A DNA stretch of 20,000 nucleotides. It comes from an uncultured virus (IMG/VR IMGVR_UViG_3300027782_000071). Its lineage: Duplodnaviria; Heunggongvirae; Uroviricota; Caudoviricetes. Numbering within the stretch: the stretch's first letter is position 1; each line of letters starts with the position of its first letter. Of the stretch, positions 16,086-20,000 are shown in pieces. Position numbers and translations under genes: made by a program. The DNA is taken from the IMG/VR virus record IMGVR_UViG_3300027782_000071, positions 54,435 to 74,434 of that record. The stretch is one strand, 5' to 3'. Below the pieces are notes generated by a model that was given only the letters and a program-made list of their open reading frames with translations, searched no databases and was not told the DNA's origin.

Positions 16086-19000
16086 TATCTAAATCCCCCA
16101 TTCACAATACCAAGAACAATATAATTTGCAGCAGTACTTGCAGAACCTACGGTATTAATTCCAGTAAAATTATAGATATCATATCCTCTAGTTGTTGTAA
16201 CACCAGTGGTTGCAGATGCTAAAGAACCCCCAGACCAAAATATTGTTTCAGGAACACCATTCAAATTAACTGCAGTACAACTTCTTGCAGTTCCAGTTTG
16301 AGTTACAATTACACTAAATGTAATCACATGATTATCAAAAGAACTGTCTGTTGGAATACCAGTTACATTCAGTGTAATATTACCACTCGGATTGGTACAT
16401 AATCCAGTATTTGCACTATTCGAACTGTAAGTAATGGATACATTATTTCCATCTGTTCTTATAAGTTTTTCTGCAACATTTTGAATTCTTATTTCAGAAA
16501 CTGTTGCTACACCAGATACTGAAAGTTGAGTAACTGATGCAATACCACCTATAACATTAGTAGATACTCCTGCTGCTGTAGCATACGTGGCAATACCAGC
16601 ATTATTAGAATAACCAGTATTTATTTGTTGAGGTGTTGGACCAAATTCAACCCATTGAGAACTGTTTCCATCATTATAATAAAAATAAGTGATGCCATCA
16701 TCTTCGTCTACCCAATAATCTCCGACAGATGCAGATCCTGGTGGCGTAGATTGGCGATAAACCGTAAAGTTACCAACAAGTCCTTGAAGACCTTGCAATC
16801 CTTGAGAACCTTGAAGACCTTGCAATCCTTGAGAACCGAATGCACCCTGAAGACCTTGAGCACCAGTGGATCCAATACCAATGGTTCCTTGAAGACCTTG
16901 GAGTCCTTGAGCACCAGTGGATCCAATACCAATAATACCTTGAAGACCTTGGAGTCCTTGAAGACCTTGTGATCCTTGAGAACCGAATGCACCCTGAAGA
17001 CCTTGAGCACCAGTGGATCCAATACCAATAGTTCCTTGAAGACCTTGAGTACCTTGAAGACCTTGAGTACCTTGAAGACCAGTAGATCCAATACCAATAG
17101 TTCCTTGAAGACCCTGAAGTCCTTGAGAACCAGTAGATCCAATACCAATAGTTCCTTGAAGACCTTGAAGGCCCTGTAATCCCTGAGTTCCTTGAGATCC
17201 TTGAGCACCTTGAGATCCTGTTGAACCAATACCAATAGTACCTTGAAGACCTTGTAATCCTTGAAGACCTTGCGATCCTTGAGATCCCAATACACCTTGA
17301 AGACCTTGAAGGCCTTGAGCACCAGTGGATCCAATACCAATAATACCTTGAAGTCCTTGAAGACCTTGGAGTCCTTGAAGACCTTGTGATCCTTGAGAAC
17401 CAGTAGATCCAATACCAATAGTTCCTTGAGTACCTTGTAATCCTTGAGTTCCTTGGAATCCTTGAGAACCTATCGATCCTTGAAGACCTTGAATTCCTTG
17501 AGAACCTTGAGAACCAGTAGATCCAATACCAATAATACCTTGAAGACCCTGAAGTCCTTGAAGTCCTTGATTACCTTGAGTACCTTGATTACTTAAACCC
17601 TGAATTCCTTGAGTTCCCTGCGGTCCCCTAACAGATCCAACATTAGACCATGATGATCCATTATATACCCATAAATTACCAGTATTACTATCAATAACAC
17701 CATCACCAGAAACAGCAGAAGGAAATCCACTATTAAGTTGACTTTGCTCACTTCCTGGTGTTAATGGTAAAGATCCTTTAATAGTAACCGAAGTACCATC
17801 TGATCCACGTTGACCTATTGCGCCTTGAGATCCAAATATTCCTTGCGTTCCCTGAATTCCTTGAGCACCAGTGGATCCAATACCAATAATACCTTGAAGA
17901 CCTTGGAGTCCTTGAAGACCTTGGAGTCCTTGAGCACCAGTGGATCCAATACCAATAATACCTTGAAGTCCTTGGAGTCCTTGAAGTCCTTGAAGTCCTT
18001 GGAGTCCTTGGAGTCCTTGAAGACCTTGGAGTCCTTGAGCACCAGTGGATCCAATGCCAATGGTTCCTTGAAGTCCTTGTAATCCTTGAGAACCTTGAAG
18101 ACCTTGTAATCCTTGAGAACCTTGAGCACCAGTAGATCCAATACCAATAGTACCTTGAAGACCTTGTAATCCTTGAGAACCTTGAAGACCTTGTAATCCT
18201 TGAGAACCTTGAGCACCAGTAGATCCAATACCAATAGTTCCTTGAGTACCTTGAGTACCTTGAGCACCTTGAGTACCAGTAGATCCAATACCAATAGTTC
18301 CTTGAGTACCTTGGAGTCCTTGAAGACCTTGAGTACCTTGAGCACCTTGAGTACCAGTAGATCCGATACCAATGGTTCCTTGAACTCCTTGAGTTCCTTG
18401 AGCACCTTGAGTTCCTTGAGCACCAGTAGATCCAATACCAATGGTTCCTTGAACTCCTTGAAGTCCTTGACGACCTTGAGTTCCTTGAGCACCTTGTGAT
18501 CCAATAGTTCCTTGAACTCCTTGAAGACCTTGAGAACCAATAGTTCCTTGAAGTCCTTGAGCACCTTGGGCGCCAGTAGATCCAATACCAGAAGTTGTTG
18601 AAAATGTTATTTTTTTCGGATCAGTTGCTTTTGTTGTAATTGCAATTCCAGGTCCAGCAACAATCTCAACAGTATCCTCAGCAACCGCAACGAGAGGATC
18701 TTGCCCAGCAACATTCCAAGTTTTAAAACTACTACCCAACTGAACAAAAACTTCATTATTGCCAAGACTTGTTACGGCAAATCCAGTATTTCTATCAAAT
18801 CTTATTGCACTTACATTCGTTACAGCATCTGTACTATTAATCCCAGCGTAACCAGATCTTGTGCTAACAGTAAGTGATGACCCAACCCCAGTTAATTTTG
18901 ATCCATCACCATAAAAACTAAATGCACTTACAATTCCAGTATTACCATAAATTGTAACACCAGTACCAACATTTAAAACATTTGTTGTGCCATTGAGAGT

Positions 19001-20000
19001 GATGCTCGAAGATCCAACAGTTAAAATACCAGAAATTCTTGCGTTTCCAGTAACATCTAATTTTGATTTTGGTAATGTAGAACCTATACCAACATTTCCA
19101 CTTAAATTAATTCTTATAGCATCATTCTGTCCATTCGCACCTAGACCAAGTTGAACAGAAGATTCTGCACGAACATTGGATACTAAGTTCGAATGAGAGA
19201 TAACAATATCACCTTGACCACCTTTTACAAATCTTATATTTCCACCGTCAACTTCAAAAACATATTGTTCTGCAGGAGAAAGGACCCCAATACCAACTTG
19301 TCCAGAATTAAGAACAGTAAATGCATTGGCATCATTACGAGATCCATGCTCAACAAGAAAAGCAGGACCAGTTCCAAGTTGTGTTACACGAAGAAGTTCT
19401 GTAGTTGTTGCCCCCTCAAAAATAACATCGCCAGAAACATTAAGAAACGCTGGAGTAAGTGTGGTTCCAATTCCAACACCATTATTTGTAAATCTAACCT
19501 TTTCGTTAGATGCTAATGTTCCACCAGAGAATAATGAAAGATATGAAGTACTTTTTCCAACACCAAGAGATAGATTTCCATCAGATGCATACAAATAACC
19601 ATCAGTTGGTCCATTAATAGTCCAAATATCAGTACCAAATCCAGTATTATTAATACCAAGATCTAAGAAGTTTAGTGTATCAGTTCCATTATCTGCAGTT
19701 AAAATAAGATCAGAAGATGCATTAGATCCAGAAGAAGTATTTCTGATGTTAACTTGGGCATAAGAATTTACATTTGAACTAAAATCTGCAAGTGCATTTA
19801 CCAGTCCAGAAGTAGAAGAAGTATTATTTGCGACGGAGAGTTTATATGGGGGATTTGTGATGCCTATACCAGTATTACCTTGGATATAAGCACTACTATT
19901 GACTTGAAGTTTTTGATTTGCTGTTCCTGTTGAATACCCGCCACCAACGATAACATTTCCATCAGAATCAATTTGCATTCTTGAAGAAGCACTTTCATCA
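16085..20000 (-). CDS. Long collagen-like tail-fibre protein (>1304 aa), 5' end beyond the right edge
   Basis: The frame stays open past the track's ATG at 19978 (…DESASSR-MQIDSDG), so the true start is probably outside the window. It contains VGIGT-type beta-repeat fibre modules and two GXQ collagen blocks separated by a GDGVID..LWVYNGSSWSNVG knob. A GDYWVD..YFYYNDGNSSQWVE module and a C-terminal beta-sandwich follow. Confidence 0.87.
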   Translation of the reverse strand, partial: DESASSRMQIDSDGNVIVGGGYSTGTANQKLQVNSSAYIQGNTGIGITNPPYKLSVANNTSSTSGLVNALADFSSNVNSYAQVNIRNTSSGSNASSDLILTADNGTDTLNFLDLGINNTGFGTDIWTINGPTDGYLYASDGNLSLGVGKSTSYLSLFSGGTLASNEKVRFTNNGVGIGTTLTPAFLNVSGDVIFEGATTTELLRVTQLGTGPAFLVEHGSRNDANAFTVLNSGQVGIGVLSPAEQYVFEVDGGNIRFVKGGQGDIVISHSNLVSNVRAESSVQLGLGANGQNDAIRINLSGNVGIGSTLPKSKLDVTGNARISGILTVGSSSITLNGTTNVLNVGTGVTIYGNTGIVSAFSFYGDGSKLTGVGSSLTVSTRSGYAGINSTDAVTNVSAIRFDRNTGFAVTSLGNNEVFVQLGSSFKTWNVAGQDPLVAVAEDTVEIVAGPGIAITTKATDPKKITFSTTSGIGSTGAQGAQGLQGTIGSQGLQGVQGTIGSQGAQGTQGRQGLQGVQGTIGIGSTGAQGTQGAQGTQGVQGTIGIGSTGTQGAQGTQGLQGLQGTQGTIGIGSTGTQGAQGTQGTQGTIGIGSTGAQGSQGLQGLQGSQGLQGLQGTIGIGSTGAQGSQGLQGLQGSQGLQGLQGTIGIGSTGAQGLQGLQGLQGLQGLQGLQGLQGLQGIIGIGSTGAQGLQGLQGLQGLQGIIGIGSTGAQGIQGTQGIFGSQGAIGQRGSDGTSVTIKGSLPLTPGSEQSQLNSGFPSAVSGDGVIDSNTGNLWVYNGSSWSNVGSVRGPQGTQGIQGLSNQGTQGNQGLQGLQGLQGIIGIGSTGSQGSQGIQGLQGSIGSQGFQGTQGLQGTQGTIGIGSTGSQGSQGLQGLQGLQGLQGIIGIGSTGAQGLQGLQGVLGSQGSQGLQGLQGLQGTIGIGSTGSQGAQGSQGTQGLQGLQGLQGTIGIGSTGSQGLQGLQGTIGIGSTGLQGTQGLQGTQGLQGTIGIGSTGAQGLQGAFGSQGSQGLQGLQGLQGIIGIGSTGAQGLQGLQGTIGIGSTGAQGLQGAFGSQGLQGLQGSQGLQGLQGLVGNFTVYRQSTPPGSASVGDYWVDEDDGITYFYYNDGNSSQWVEFGPTPQQINTGYSNNAGIATYATAAGVSTNVIGGIASVTQLSVSGVATVSEIRIQNVAEKLIRTDGNNVSITYSSNSANTGLCTNPSGNITLNVTGIPTDSSFDNHVITFSVIVTQTGTARSCTAVNLNGVPETIFWSGGSLASATTGVTTTRGYDIYNFTGINTVGSASTAANYIVLGIVNGGFR
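16780..17625 (-). repeat. Collagen-like GXQ repeat block 2 of the long fibre gene
   Basis: Same 9-bp units and GIGST breaks as in the 854-aa gene. Boundaries are approximate. Confidence 0.9.
17805..18590 (-). repeat. Collagen-like GXQ repeat block 1 of the long fibre gene
   Basis: Same unit family. Boundaries are approximate. Confidence 0.9.

Noticed and set aside
16618..16625. Additional AATAAATA motif
   Set aside because: It lies inside the long fibre CDS, about 530 nt from the next start, unlike the five motifs with consistent spacing; it is likely chance in AT-rich DNA.
13030..18585. Long alternative-frame ORFs (KVFKVLKD.. 222-257 aa; SRSSR.. 207-249 aa; plus-strand LKTLKT..) over the collagen blocks
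   Set aside because: Shadow ORFs: the 9-bp CAAGGTCTT-type unit lacks stops in these frames, and the ORFs start and end with the repeat blocks.
13013..18590. Possible CRISPR array (recurring ccagtagatccaataccaat with variable intervening sequence)
   Set aside because: The intervening sequences are themselves 9-bp repeats, the whole region is in-frame coding sequence, and no cas genes are present.

Overview
The window is a gene-dense, AT-rich tail-fibre and receptor-binding-protein (RBP) region, entirely on the minus strand. It most likely comes from a large T4-like myovirus resembling aquatic cyanophages. Five NATAAATA late-promoter motifs sit 14-22 nt upstream of start codons. Thirteen co-oriented genes were found, two of them truncated at the window edges: three Pro-poor Gly-X-Gln collagen-like fibre proteins, two LamG/ConA-like lectin proteins, one ALK/LTK-type glycine-rich adhesin, a 1012-aa virion structural protein, a mini-fibre with a peptidase S74 autocleaving chaperone, two small proteins, and three tandem paralogues built from WxxRT repeats. 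The most striking observation is that an exactly 7-repeat (~280-295 aa) putative beta-propeller cassette appears inserted in frame at different positions in the three paralogues. In one case a 7-repeat block is nested inside another 7-repeat block, which itself sits inside a glycine-rich domain. The two long collagen genes also share 48-63 bp identical or near-identical DNA tracts with diagnostic synonymous codons, pointing to exchange between them. All functional calls come from motif recognition only; no database search was run.
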